Shown piece by piece: positions 1-8,169 of a DNA stretch of 32,000 nt (position 1 is its first letter; every line of letters starts with the position of its first letter). Source of the DNA: Candidatus Pacearchaeota archaeon (GTDB lineage: Archaea; Nanobdellota; Nanobdellia; Pacearchaeales; UBA284); NCBI GenBank assembly GCA_026016245.1, contig CP061211.1, positions 270,001-302,000 of the forward strand, read 5' to 3'. Position numbers and translations under genes: made by a program. The notes under the pieces were generated by a model. It had not been told where the DNA came from. It did no database searches and was given only the letters and a program-made list of their open reading frames with translations.

Positions 1-2
1 TT

Positions 3-383
3 TTTGAAGGAAAAGAAGGTTTAAAGACAATATTAAATGATATTGTTAAACAAGGTAAAGATATTGTTGCGTGGGGAGCAACAGATAGGATTAAAAATTA
101 TCTACCAGAATGGTTTTTAGAAAGATATGTTAAAGAAAAAGTAAAAAAAAGAATTGAAACAAGACAATTTTATGTTGAAGGTGAAAAGACTTTAGAAGGG
201 CCCGGTTATATTCTCAAAGCTGTTTCAAAAGAATTCTCAAATCCAGTAACTTTTGGGGCCTATGCTGATAGAATTATTATTTTCTTTTGGTCAGAAATTC
301 CTATTATAATACGAGTCAAAAATAAAAACATAGCAAATTCTTTTAGAAAACATTTTGAATTTTTATGGAAAAAGATTAAATAA
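3..383 (+). CDS. C-terminal part of a TrmB-like transcriptional regulator (5' truncated by window edge)
   Basis: Open frame from base 3 to TAA at 381-383, translating to FEGKEGLKTILNDIVKQGKDIVAWGATDR...GAYADRIIIFFWSEIPIIIRVKNKNIANSFRKHFEFLWKKIK. The ending resembles the C-terminus of the TrmB-like protein at 14950-15711 (SFRNNFKLLWKIAK). Confidence 0.6.
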   Translation, partial: FEGKEGLKTILNDIVKQGKDIVAWGATDRIKNYLPEWFLERYVKEKVKKRIETRQFYVEGEKTLEGPGYILKAVSKEFSNPVTFGAYADRIIIFFWSEIPIIIRVKNKNIANSFRKHFEFLWKKIK

Positions 384-386
384 AAA

Positions 387-983
387 CTAACTTTTTTCTT
401 CTACCTTACCTTTAGGTTCTTTTTCAAAAAATATTTGAGCTTGGAATTTGTAAATTCTACATTCTGGGTTTAACCATATTTCTGTAGGCAATCCAGCTTT
501 GATACAAGTTGCTCTTAAAAATTCAAGGACATTCCATTTCTGCTCTAAAGATACTTGTGGTAAGAGCAGGCCAGAAAAATGATGTGTTTGAACAATAAGG
601 CCATCTTTTCCTATCTCAATTTTTTCTAAAATGTCCTGTCCTTTTGCTTTAATTTGTTCTGGAACTGTTAATACAGAAATCTCTATAATTATATTATCTA
701 ACTCTCCTTTCTCAAGAGGCATGAATCTTGTATCAGAAAATGCAGCAGATTTTGCAGCTTCAACAACAGCCAAAGCAAGAGATTTTATAGGATAAGGAAA
801 GCCTATACAGCCTCGAAGTTCTCTAGATGGAAATTTATTCAGTGTGACAAAAACTCCTTGATTTTTAGAAAATTCTTTTTTCTCTTCTTCAAAATCTAAT
901 TCCTGTCCAGAAAACTGAGATTCTATTGCTTTTCTCGCTAGACTTATTAATTTAAAACCTTGATCTAGAGATAACATTTTCAT
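387..983 (-). CDS. AMMECR1 domain protein
   Basis: ORF of 198 aa with the AMMECR1 signature (VTLNKFPSRELRGCIGFPYPIKSLALAVVEAAKSAAFSDTRFMPL). An in-frame ATG at 975-977 is an alternative start. Confidence 0.9.
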   Translation of the reverse strand: MKMLSLDQGFKLISLARKAIESQFSGQELDFEEEKKEFSKNQGVFVTLNKFPSRELRGCIGFPYPIKSLALAVVEAAKSAAFSDTRFMPLEKGELDNIIIEISVLTVPEQIKAKGQDILEKIEIGKDGLIVQTHHFSGLLLPQVSLEQKWNVLEFLRATCIKAGLPTEIWLNPECRIYKFQAQIFFEKEPKGKVEEKS

Positions 984-1055
984 GCCCCCACCGGGATTCG
1001 AACCCGGGTCCTAGCCTCGAAAGGGCTAAATGCTTGGCCTCTACACCATGGGGGC
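984..1055 (-). tRNA. tRNA-Glu (anticodon TTC)
   Basis: Cloverleaf on reverse strand: GCCCCCA TG GTG..CAT, TAGCC-CTTTCGA-GGCTA, CCGGG-TTCGAAT-CCCGG, TGGGGGC. Anticodon TTC. Confidence 0.93.
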
Positions 1056-1081
1056 TTGAAAGAAAGAGAGGAGAGAAACTT

Positions 1082-2218
1082 TTAAACTTTTTTATCTAAT
1101 AATTTAGGATAAACCTCTTTGAAATAAACATCCAAAAGCCTAGAATCAAACTGGGGTTCCATTTTTTTCATTATTTCGACAGATTCTTTTAGAGTATATT
1201 TTTCAGGTTCTCCCCTTGCTTTTCTGTAAGGCCTCTTTGATGTCAAGGCATCAGCAACATCTGCAATAAAAACTATCCTAGCCTCAAGAGGGATATTCTC
1301 TCCTTTTAATCCAAGAGGGTAACCGCTTCCATCATAATGTTCGTGATGAAGCCTTATTACATTAAGTAAAATCCTGTCTTGGGCAGGATTTGCTCCATAT
1401 TCAAGCATTAGATGATAACCTTTCTCTGAATGAGCCTTAACAGGGTTTTCTTCTGGAGTAAAAGCTTCTTCACTATCTAAAGTATCGTCCCTAATTTTTA
1501 CTTTTCCTATGTCATGCCATTGCCCTGCCAAATTCAACTTTTTAATGAATATTTTGTTTAAACCTATTACTTCGGCAATCTCACATGATCTTTTTGTTAC
1601 TCTTTTAGCATGTCCTTTAAGATATGGATGTTGACTTTCTAGATAAGTATAAGTATCTTTCCCAAATTCAAGATGTCTGTTTTTTATTAATTTCATTATC
1701 TCTATCCATGGGGCTATTTGATATGTTGCTATTTTCATTACCTCAATATCAATATTTGAAAAAGCGTCTTTTTTTTCACTTATTACTTCTAAAACTCCTA
1801 CTGGTTTTCCCCTTGTTTTAATTGGGATAACTAAAGAAGAATTGGCTTTTTCATAAGTAACTCCTCTATCTAAAAAAATAGGTTTTACTTTGCTTTTATC
1901 CCATTTTTTATGCAGATCAGGGGCATATAAAGTTTCGCCTGTCTCAACAGCTCTTCCAATAAATCCCTTGCCTGTAGAATATATTAGCTCTGCTGTTTCT
2001 TTGTCATAGTTTCTTGTAGCAATAGCACTTATTTCATCAGTATCTTCATCTAAAAGAAAAATTCCGCTTTGTTTGTAAGGAATAACTTTATCTAATTTTT
2101 TTAGAATCAAAGAACATCTGTCTGCAAAAGGCTCTTTTAAATTATTAAGTATTCTACTAATTTCCAAATCAACTTCTATAAGTTTTTCTAATCTTTTCTT
2201 GGAGATCTTTCCATTCAT
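1082..2218 (-). CDS. GAF domain + HD-GYP type phosphohydrolase
   Basis: N-terminal GAF-like region (DRCSLILKKLDKVIPYKQSGIFLL...GFIGRAVETG) followed by HDIGK and HHEHYDGSGYPLGLKGENIPLEARIVFIADVADALTSKRPYR, diagnostic for HD-GYP. Confidence 0.88.
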   Translation of the reverse strand: MNGKISKKRLEKLIEVDLEISRILNNLKEPFADRCSLILKKLDKVIPYKQSGIFLLDEDTDEISAIATRNYDKETAELIYSTGKGFIGRAVETGETLYAPDLHKKWDKSKVKPIFLDRGVTYEKANSSLVIPIKTRGKPVGVLEVISEKKDAFSNIDIEVMKIATYQIAPWIEIMKLIKNRHLEFGKDTYTYLESQHPYLKGHAKRVTKRSCEIAEVIGLNKIFIKKLNLAGQWHDIGKVKIRDDTLDSEEAFTPEENPVKAHSEKGYHLMLEYGANPAQDRILLNVIRLHHEHYDGSGYPLGLKGENIPLEARIVFIADVADALTSKRPYRKARGEPEKYTLKESVEIMKKMEPQFDSRLLDVYFKEVYPKLLDKKV

Positions 2219-2306
2219 TTTCCCCTCAGCTAACAGTTAAAGAAAATTGAATATATAAATTTTGTTATTTAGAAGTAAGAAAAAAATTAGGAGAAAAAAC
2301 AAAAGG

Positions 2307-2420
2307 TGGGCCCGATGGGATTTGAACCCATGACCACTGGCTCTCTTAGAGCTATTCAATCCAAGAATGGATTGCGGCCATATAAGACCAGTGCTCTAAA
2401 CCAGGCTGAGCTACGGGCCC
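2307..2420 (-). tRNA. tRNA-Ile (anticodon TAT) with a 38-nt intron at 2343-2380
   Basis: Removing 2343-2380 gives a complete 76-nt cloverleaf: GGGCCCG TA GCTC AGCCTGGTTTA GAGC A CTGGT CTTATAA GCCAG TGGTC ATGGG TTCAAAT CCCAT CGGGCCC A. The intron sits at canonical 37/38, and CTTA (positions 32-35) pairs with TAAG near the intron 3' end, as in a bulge-helix-bulge motif. GGGCCCG acceptor fits archaeal Ile. Confidence 0.85.
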
Positions 2421-2447
2421 GACATTAAGAAGAATGATTTCTTGTTT

Positions 2448-3611
2448 TTAAATTTTCTTTTTCTGGAATGAGAAAGGAATAAGAAGAAAGGACCCAATAA
2501 CACCAAAAATAATAGCAAGATAAAGGTTAGGGACAAAAAACAAGAAAAGCATGAACAAGGCTAGGCTGGTATGAATGGTTATTTCGCGAACTACTATTAC
2601 TTCAGCAATATGTTTTCTTTTTGCCATGTCATAATTTATAGCATCAAAAGCTGATCCTCCTGCTGATGCTGGTCCAACTGCTCCAAAGAAAATATTTATA
2701 CCAAGAACCCCAACAAATGTTGTAATAAATAGCCTGACAAACCAGCCTAGAGAAGAAAGCATAGCTCCTATTCTTAACACAGCACCTTTATCATATTTAT
2801 CTGCTAATCTTCCAACAAAAAAAGTAGATGCTATTGCAACAACCAAACCTGCAGAAGTTAGAGTACCAACACCAACATAGCCTTTTAGTATTAAAAACAT
2901 AATTATAATCCATGCTATAAACGCACACCTAAATGAGGCCTCACTAATAAAACCTGTTAAGCTAATTCCTGCTTTCTTCATTACTTTTCCAACTTTCTTG
3001 ATGGAAAATTCCCTACGAACATAAATTTCTTTTGACATAAATAATGGTATCGTGGAAATAAAAAGCAGGATAGAAACAAATATAAAAAGAGGATTAAAAC
3101 CTAAGCTGACAAGGATAAAACCTCCAATAACAGGGCCTATCGCAGCAAGAATTAAGGAAATAATAGCATAACCACTTATCTGTTCTGCTCTAAGTTTTCT
3201 TGAACTAAACTCATAAAAATCTATATGGAAATTCATCCAAAATAAAGAGCCATGAATTCCAGAAAGTATTGGAGCTAAAAAGAATATCCAATCTAATGAA
3301 TTTGATGTTAAAAATTGTAATAAAATGAAATAACCTATCAAGAAAGGCATTGAAATAAGCATTCCATGTTTAATTCCTGTCTTAGTAGATAACTTGGCTG
3401 AGAAAAATACTGTTAAAGCAAAAGAAATAGAAACAAGAGCATAAAAAAGAAAAATATACCTTAATTCAAAATTTATTTGGAAGAGATAAATAGGAATAAA
3501 AATAGCTATTAAAGCCAAAGCAAAAGTTTTTCCAGCAATTGTAATATAAATCTCACTAAGTTCCTTGTTTAGAAGATAATGAAATATACTATGATGATGA
3601 GTGTGTGGCAT
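2448..3611 (-). CDS. MFS-like multi-pass membrane transporter
   Basis: 387 aa with about 10-12 hydrophobic segments and an MFS loop-like motif (VGRLADKYDKGAVLRIGAMLSSLGW). Confidence 0.75.
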   Translation of the reverse strand: MPHTHHHSIFHYLLNKELSEIYITIAGKTFALALIAIFIPIYLFQINFELRYIFLFYALVSISFALTVFFSAKLSTKTGIKHGMLISMPFLIGYFILLQFLTSNSLDWIFFLAPILSGIHGSLFWMNFHIDFYEFSSRKLRAEQISGYAIISLILAAIGPVIGGFILVSLGFNPLFIFVSILLFISTIPLFMSKEIYVRREFSIKKVGKVMKKAGISLTGFISEASFRCAFIAWIIIMFLILKGYVGVGTLTSAGLVVAIASTFFVGRLADKYDKGAVLRIGAMLSSLGWFVRLFITTFVGVLGINIFFGAVGPASAGGSAFDAINYDMAKRKHIAEVIVVREITIHTSLALFMLFLFFVPNLYLAIIFGVIGSFLLIPFSFQKKKI

Positions 3612-3677
3612 CTTAATTTCCTCTTTTTAAAAATAATAACAAGAAGATTTAATAATGTTTCTTTCTTTTTGCTTTTC

Positions 3678-4865
3678 ATGTTAATAGGAATAGTTGGAAA
3701 ACCTAATGTCGGTAAAAGTACTTTTTTCAAAGCATCTACTCTGGCAGAAGTAGCAATAGCAAGTTATCCTTTTACAACTATTAAAGCTAATGAAGGAGTT
3801 GGTTTTATAAAAGTAAAATGTCCAGAAATAGAAAAAAAATTGAAATGTAAGCCAAATCATGGTTTCTGTATCAGTGGATGGCGTTTTATACCAATAAAGC
3901 TCCTTGATGTCGCAGGACTTGTTCCAGGAGCACATGCTGGAAAAGGTTTGGGCAATAAATTCCTTGATGATTTAAGGCAGGCTGATGCCCTTATACATGT
4001 TATTGATGTAAGTGGAACAACAAATGAGGAAGGAAAACTAACAAAAGATTATGATCCAAGTAAAGATATAAAATTTCTTCAAGAAGAGATAGATAAATGG
4101 TTTTATGGAATTATTGGAGAGGACTGGAAACTTCTTGTTAGAAAAATACAAGTAACAGATGTAAAACCTTTAGAAGAGCTTGCAAGAAAATTTTCAGGCC
4201 TGAAAATCACAGAAGAGATGATTAAAGAGGCAATAAAGAACTGTGCTCTCAAAGAAGAATTTGTTTCTTGGAATGATGAGCAGCTTTTTAGTTTTGTTCA
4301 AGAGCTTAGAAAGTTAAGCAAGCCAATGATAATAGCAGCTAACAAGTGTGATATGCCACAAGCAAAGGAAAATTTAAAAAAACTTCAAGAGGAATTTCCT
4401 GAAATGATTATAGTGTCATGTTCTGCAGAAAGTGAACTTGCATTGAGAGAGGCTGCCCGTGATAGTAAAATAGATTATGTTCCAGGAAGTAATGAATTTG
4501 CAATGCATGATGATAAGTTGAGTGAGAAACAAAAAAAAGGATTAGAGTTTGTTAAAGATAAAATTTTGGAAATTTATAATTCAACTGGAGTACAGAGATG
4601 TCTTAATAAAGCTATATTTTCTCTCCTAAAATATATTGTGGTTTATCCAGTAGAAAATGAAAATCATTTCACTGATGGAAAAAATAATGTCTTGCCAGAT
4701 GCATTTCTTCTGCCTCCAAATTCTAGTGCTTTGGATCTTGCTTATGTAATCCATACCGATATAGGCAATGCTTTTATAGCAGCAATAGATGCCAGAACTC
4801 ATAAAAGATTAGCAAGGGATTATGAGTTAAAAGAGGGAGATATTATAAGAATTATGACAAAGTAA
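3678..4865 (+). CDS. ychF: YchF/Obg-family redox-regulated GTPase/ATPase
   Basis: G1 GIVGKPNVGKSTFFKA, then KLLDVAGLVPGAHAGKGLGNKFLDDLRQADALIHVIDVSG, and C-terminal TGS-like domain. The supplied ORF starts at 3579, but the conserved N-terminus begins at ATG 3678. Confidence 0.92.
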   Translation: MLIGIVGKPNVGKSTFFKASTLAEVAIASYPFTTIKANEGVGFIKVKCPEIEKKLKCKPNHGFCISGWRFIPIKLLDVAGLVPGAHAGKGLGNKFLDDLRQADALIHVIDVSGTTNEEGKLTKDYDPSKDIKFLQEEIDKWFYGIIGEDWKLLVRKIQVTDVKPLEELARKFSGLKITEEMIKEAIKNCALKEEFVSWNDEQLFSFVQELRKLSKPMIIAANKCDMPQAKENLKKLQEEFPEMIIVSCSAESELALREAARDSKIDYVPGSNEFAMHDDKLSEKQKKGLEFVKDKILEIYNSTGVQRCLNKAIFSLLKYIVVYPVENENHFTDGKNNVLPDAFLLPPNSSALDLAYVIHTDIGNAFIAAIDARTHKRLARDYELKEGDIIRIMTK

Positions 4866-5022
4866 GAACACCTCTTTTTGTCCCCCCTTTTTCCCAGGAC
4901 AAAAATTGCCTTTTTCTCGGCTAGCATACTTATTTATGTTCTGCTTGTATATAAATATAGTTAAGGGAAAATATAATAGACAGAATATAAGCAAAAGAAA
5001 AATAAGTTTTCTAAATTATATT

Positions 5023-5505
5023 TTAGAAAAAATCTTTTAGATTTTTTTGTCTAAGAATCTTCTGTAGAAAGTTATGAGCTCTAGTTAAGAGTTGCCTGAC
5101 ACCCTTAACTCTAATCAATTTTAGAGCTTCATCATAAGTGCACCATTTAAAATTTTCGTGCTCATGGCTTATTTTTACATTCCAGGTTTTTGTCTTAGCC
5201 AATAGGAAAACTGCTTCCTTCCTTCTTAACTGGCCTTTTAAACGATAAAACCACTGTTGAGTCTCTCGAAAATGCGGGATAAAAACCAAATCAGTTATAC
5301 CCACTTCTTCAAGAGTTTCACGAAAAGCAGTTTGTTCTTCTGTTTCTCCTGGCTCTACAAGACCTTTCACAAAACCCCAGTAAGTGGGATATTTCACAAG
5401 AAGATAGTTTGGTTGGTCTTTAGAAATATGAAATATTATGGCTCCACAACTAAGCTCGTATTTTACTTTTTGTTTTTTCATTTTTCTTTTCTTCTGTTCT
5501 GGCAT
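5023..5505 (-). CDS. Nudix hydrolase, Ap4A hydrolase-like
   Basis: Canonical Nudix box GLVEPGETEEQTAFRETLEEVGI in a 160-aa protein with SCGAIIFH...YLLVKYPTYWGFVKG. Confidence 0.88.
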   Translation of the reverse strand: MPEQKKRKMKKQKVKYELSCGAIIFHISKDQPNYLLVKYPTYWGFVKGLVEPGETEEQTAFRETLEEVGITDLVFIPHFRETQQWFYRLKGQLRRKEAVFLLAKTKTWNVKISHEHENFKWCTYDEALKLIRVKGVRQLLTRAHNFLQKILRQKNLKDFF

Positions 5506-5557
5506 TAAAAAACAGAAGAGAGAAGAGTTTTTAAAGTTTTAAGAGTTTAAAAAGAAT

Positions 5558-6001
5558 ATGATAAAATACAAACTCGCTACAGTAAAAGAGGCTTCTGGAA
5601 TTGCAAAGTTACTTCAAAAAAAGTATGGAAGATATTACAGACCAACAAAGTTTACACCGCAATTTGTTAAGGAAAGACTGAAAAGAAAAGAGGTATTCTA
5701 TGTGGTCACTATCGAGGACAAGAAAATTGTAGGAACTATAAGAGCAACTAAAGTAGATATTGATTTAGTAGAATTTAGACATGAAGTTTTTTCTGACTTA
5801 AAGATAGGAAAGGGACTAATAAAAAAGATGCTTTCAATCTTGAAGAAGAAACGTATGCGAAAAGTTGTTGCTAGAACCATCTCAACAGACAGACTTAACA
5901 ATAGAGTTTACAGAGGTTTGAGATTCAGGAAAGAAGGTTACTTTAAGGATCATTATAGAAAAGGAACGCACATAATCCAGTATGCAAGATTTTTAAGATA
6001 A
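5558..6001 (+). CDS. GNAT-family N-acetyltransferase
   Basis: 147 aa with GNAT-like beta4-alpha3 region (HEVFSDLKIGKGLIKKMLSILKKKRMRKVVARTISTDRLNNRVYRGLRFRKEGYFKDHY). Confidence 0.75.
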   Translation: MIKYKLATVKEASGIAKLLQKKYGRYYRPTKFTPQFVKERLKRKEVFYVVTIEDKKIVGTIRATKVDIDLVEFRHEVFSDLKIGKGLIKKMLSILKKKRMRKVVARTISTDRLNNRVYRGLRFRKEGYFKDHYRKGTHIIQYARFLR

Positions 6002-6946
6002 AAGCAGGCAATCCCCTGGTTTTTTATCAAATTTTAGTCTTATAAAGCTTGGTTCTTTTAGTTGTTTATCTTTTGTCATTTCTTGATATTTAACTTCTAC
6101 AATAAGCTCTGGTTTAATCCATGTCACTTCTTCTTTTATCTTATTTCTTTCCTCCTCACTTAGAGCTGGCTTGTCTGTTTTTAATTTCTTCAGTTTTTTC
6201 TTTATTTTTTTATTAAAACCTTGCTTAAGTGTCCCAACATAGATAATTTCTCCTTTTTCTGGAACATATGATGCCAGAATTAATGAATCAAAATGTTTTT
6301 CTTCCTCATTTTTTGTAGATCCAACAATGAGGGTATTGGTAGTATTGATATTTTGTATATTTAACCATGACCAGCTTCTTTTGCCTTGTTCATATATACT
6401 AGAAAGTTCTTTTGCTATCATACCACTTAATTCTCTCTCTTGAATTTGTTTCCATAATTCTTTGCCATTTGTTGTGTGGGAAGCTAGAGATATGAAAGGA
6501 CTATTTGTTATTATTTCTCCAAGAATTCTCTTTCTTTCCCCAAGAGATTTATTTACAAGAGTCTGATCATCCTTTTCTAGAATATCAAAAACAAATAATG
6601 TTGCTGGAACAGTTCTACTTTTTGAATTAATCGCTAGGGGATGATTTAACTGTTCTCTGTATTGTAATGAGCTATGGTTTGGCTTACCCTCCTTGTTTAA
6701 AATAGTAAGGACAGCATCAAGAACACAATCCTTGCAATTTATATTTCTAGGAATCTCAAGAAGTTCTGGATATTTGAATATTATATCTCTTCCCTTTCTA
6801 TTAACAAGCTCAATATCATTACCTTCCTTATAAATTAGAACTCTTATGCCGTCAAATTTAGGCTCAAATATGAAGCCGACAAGACTCTTACGATTAAGAA
6901 GATCTTTATCACCTAACTTTACGAGCATGACTTTATATTTTTCCAT
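5993..6946 (-). CDS. ATP-dependent DNA ligase, short LigD-like form
   Basis: Adenylation motif EPKFDGIRVLIYKEGNDIELVNRKGRDI, then CVLDAVL, VFDILEKDDQTLV, LVNKSLGERKRIL and a C-terminal OB-like region. Confidence 0.85.
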   Translation of the reverse strand: MEKYKVMLVKLGDKDLLNRKSLVGFIFEPKFDGIRVLIYKEGNDIELVNRKGRDIIFKYPELLEIPRNINCKDCVLDAVLTILNKEGKPNHSSLQYREQLNHPLAINSKSRTVPATLFVFDILEKDDQTLVNKSLGERKRILGEIITNSPFISLASHTTNGKELWKQIQERELSGMIAKELSSIYEQGKRSWSWLNIQNINTTNTLIVGSTKNEEEKHFDSLILASYVPEKGEIIYVGTLKQGFNKKIKKKLKKLKTDKPALSEEERNKIKEEVTWIKPELIVEVKYQEMTKDKQLKEPSFIRLKFDKKPGDCLLLS

Positions 6947-6948
6947 TT

Positions 6949-7356
6949 CTATTTTTTAGAATTTTTTATTGAATAAAGAATATTAGATATATTTTCACAG
7001 TTTATTATTTTTGGGTTAAGTTCTTTAAGTAAATATCCAGGAGCTTTAGAGGGATCTGCTTCTTCTCCACAAGTTAAAAATTCCCATTGACAATAACATT
7101 TGTCATCTGTTCCTTTAGGATTATTGTTAGGAAAAGTATGAACTGCAACATGACTATAACCAATAACAGCAATACCTGTATAGGCCATACCATAATCTGT
7201 CCTAAATCCTTTTATAAATGGACCAGCCTTAAGTTCTGAATCAATTTCTTTTATTACATTTATAAGTAAATCCACTAATTTTTTTCTTTTACATCTTGGT
7301 TTAGAACACCAAAACTCAACAATAAGATGGTTTATTGATGGTCTCTTTTCATTCAT
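6949..7356 (-). CDS. S-adenosylmethionine decarboxylase (SpeD) family protein
   Basis: Order of conserved elements matches bacterial/archaeal SpeD: NHLIVEFW, GIAVIGYSHVAVHTFP, WEFLTCGEEADPSKAPGYLLKEL. Confidence 0.8.
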   Translation of the reverse strand: MNEKRPSINHLIVEFWCSKPRCKRKKLVDLLINVIKEIDSELKAGPFIKGFRTDYGMAYTGIAVIGYSHVAVHTFPNNNPKGTDDKCYCQWEFLTCGEEADPSKAPGYLLKELNPKIINCENISNILYSIKNSKK

Positions 7357-7489
7357 TTTCTTCTCCTTTTTTCTTATAAAATAGGAAAATAAAATTTAAA
7401 AATCTTCTCGTGTTTGATTAAAAGTATATTATTAAAAACAACGGATAAATTGCCAAAAGATTTAAATATAAAAGGATTTTGAAAGAAAT

Positions 7490-7762
7490 ATGCCTCAAAA
7501 TTGTCCATGGTGCGGGAAAATTCTTGAAATAAAGACACTTGATTTAGGCAATACTCTAAAACAGATCTGTGGAAGGTGTGGTTTTAAAATTAAAGAATTC
7601 GAAAAGCCACAGCCACCAAAAGAAGAGCCTAAACCAGAGGTTGTAGAGGTTAAACAAGCAGAAATCCCAGTGGCAAAGCAGACGCCAGCATGGCCTTTTA
7701 TTCTTGGAGCTATAGTTCTAATAATCATAATTATAGCTCTTGTTAAGATCTTTCTAGTTTAA
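7490..7762 (+). CDS. Small zinc-ribbon protein with C-terminal transmembrane helix
   Basis: CPWCGK...CGRCGF pair of CxxC knuckles, proline-rich linker, then WPFILGAIVLIIIIIALVKIFLV. Confidence 0.7.
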   Translation: MPQNCPWCGKILEIKTLDLGNTLKQICGRCGFKIKEFEKPQPPKEEPKPEVVEVKQAEIPVAKQTPAWPFILGAIVLIIIIIALVKIFLV

Positions 7763-7781
7763 ACAGAAAGAATTCTTCTCT

Positions 7782-8132
7782 TTATTCAGCTTCTTCTTCA
7801 GGTTTTTCTTCAACGGTCTCAGCTTCAGCAGATGGAGCTTCTCCTTCTCCAATAACTTCTATCTTTCCTAATTTCCCTGTTGTAACTTGTTTCTCTCCTT
7901 GGAACTCTTTACAGAAACCATTTGTCAACTTTATTTTGTCTCCTTCTTTTACTCTGTCTATATCTTCGTTCCACAAAGACATATTTATTGTTCCAGTGTC
8001 ATCTTTGACAGTTGCTGTTGCCACACGAATAGGTCTCCCAAAACGAACAAATGTCCTAATCTCCCCTATTTCAGCAATTGTAGCCTCTTCTATGTCTGCT
8101 TTCTGACCGACTTTCAAATCCGCAATTTTCAT
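7782..8132 (-). CDS. OB-fold nucleic-acid-binding protein (RPA/SSB-like)
   Basis: MKIADLKVGQKADIEEATIAEIGEIRTF...TATVKDDTGTINMSLWNEDIDRVKEGDKIKLTNGFCKEFQGEKQVTTGKLGKIEVI, typical of archaeal RPA-like OB folds. Confidence 0.85.
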   Translation of the reverse strand: MKIADLKVGQKADIEEATIAEIGEIRTFVRFGRPIRVATATVKDDTGTINMSLWNEDIDRVKEGDKIKLTNGFCKEFQGEKQVTTGKLGKIEVIGEGEAPSAEAETVEEKPEEEAE

Positions 8133-8169
8133 TTTAAATTCCTTTTTAATATTATGTAAAAATATGTTT

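Noticed and set aside
1624-1821. Antisense and out-of-frame ORFs such as 1624-1821, 3681-3935, 5257-5508, 8597-8941, 9973-10329, 11186-11536, 17517-17747, 20435-20791, 23081-23413, 25286-25525, 28840-29106 and 31535-31801
   Set aside because: They lie inside confidently identified genes on the other strand or frame, have low-complexity translations with no recognisable motifs, and are best read as shadow ORFs.
3579-3677. N-terminal extension of ychF (MKYTMMMSVWHLNFLFLK...)
   Set aside because: It overlaps the divergent MFS gene start, and P-loop homology starts at MLIGIVGKPNVGKS (3678).
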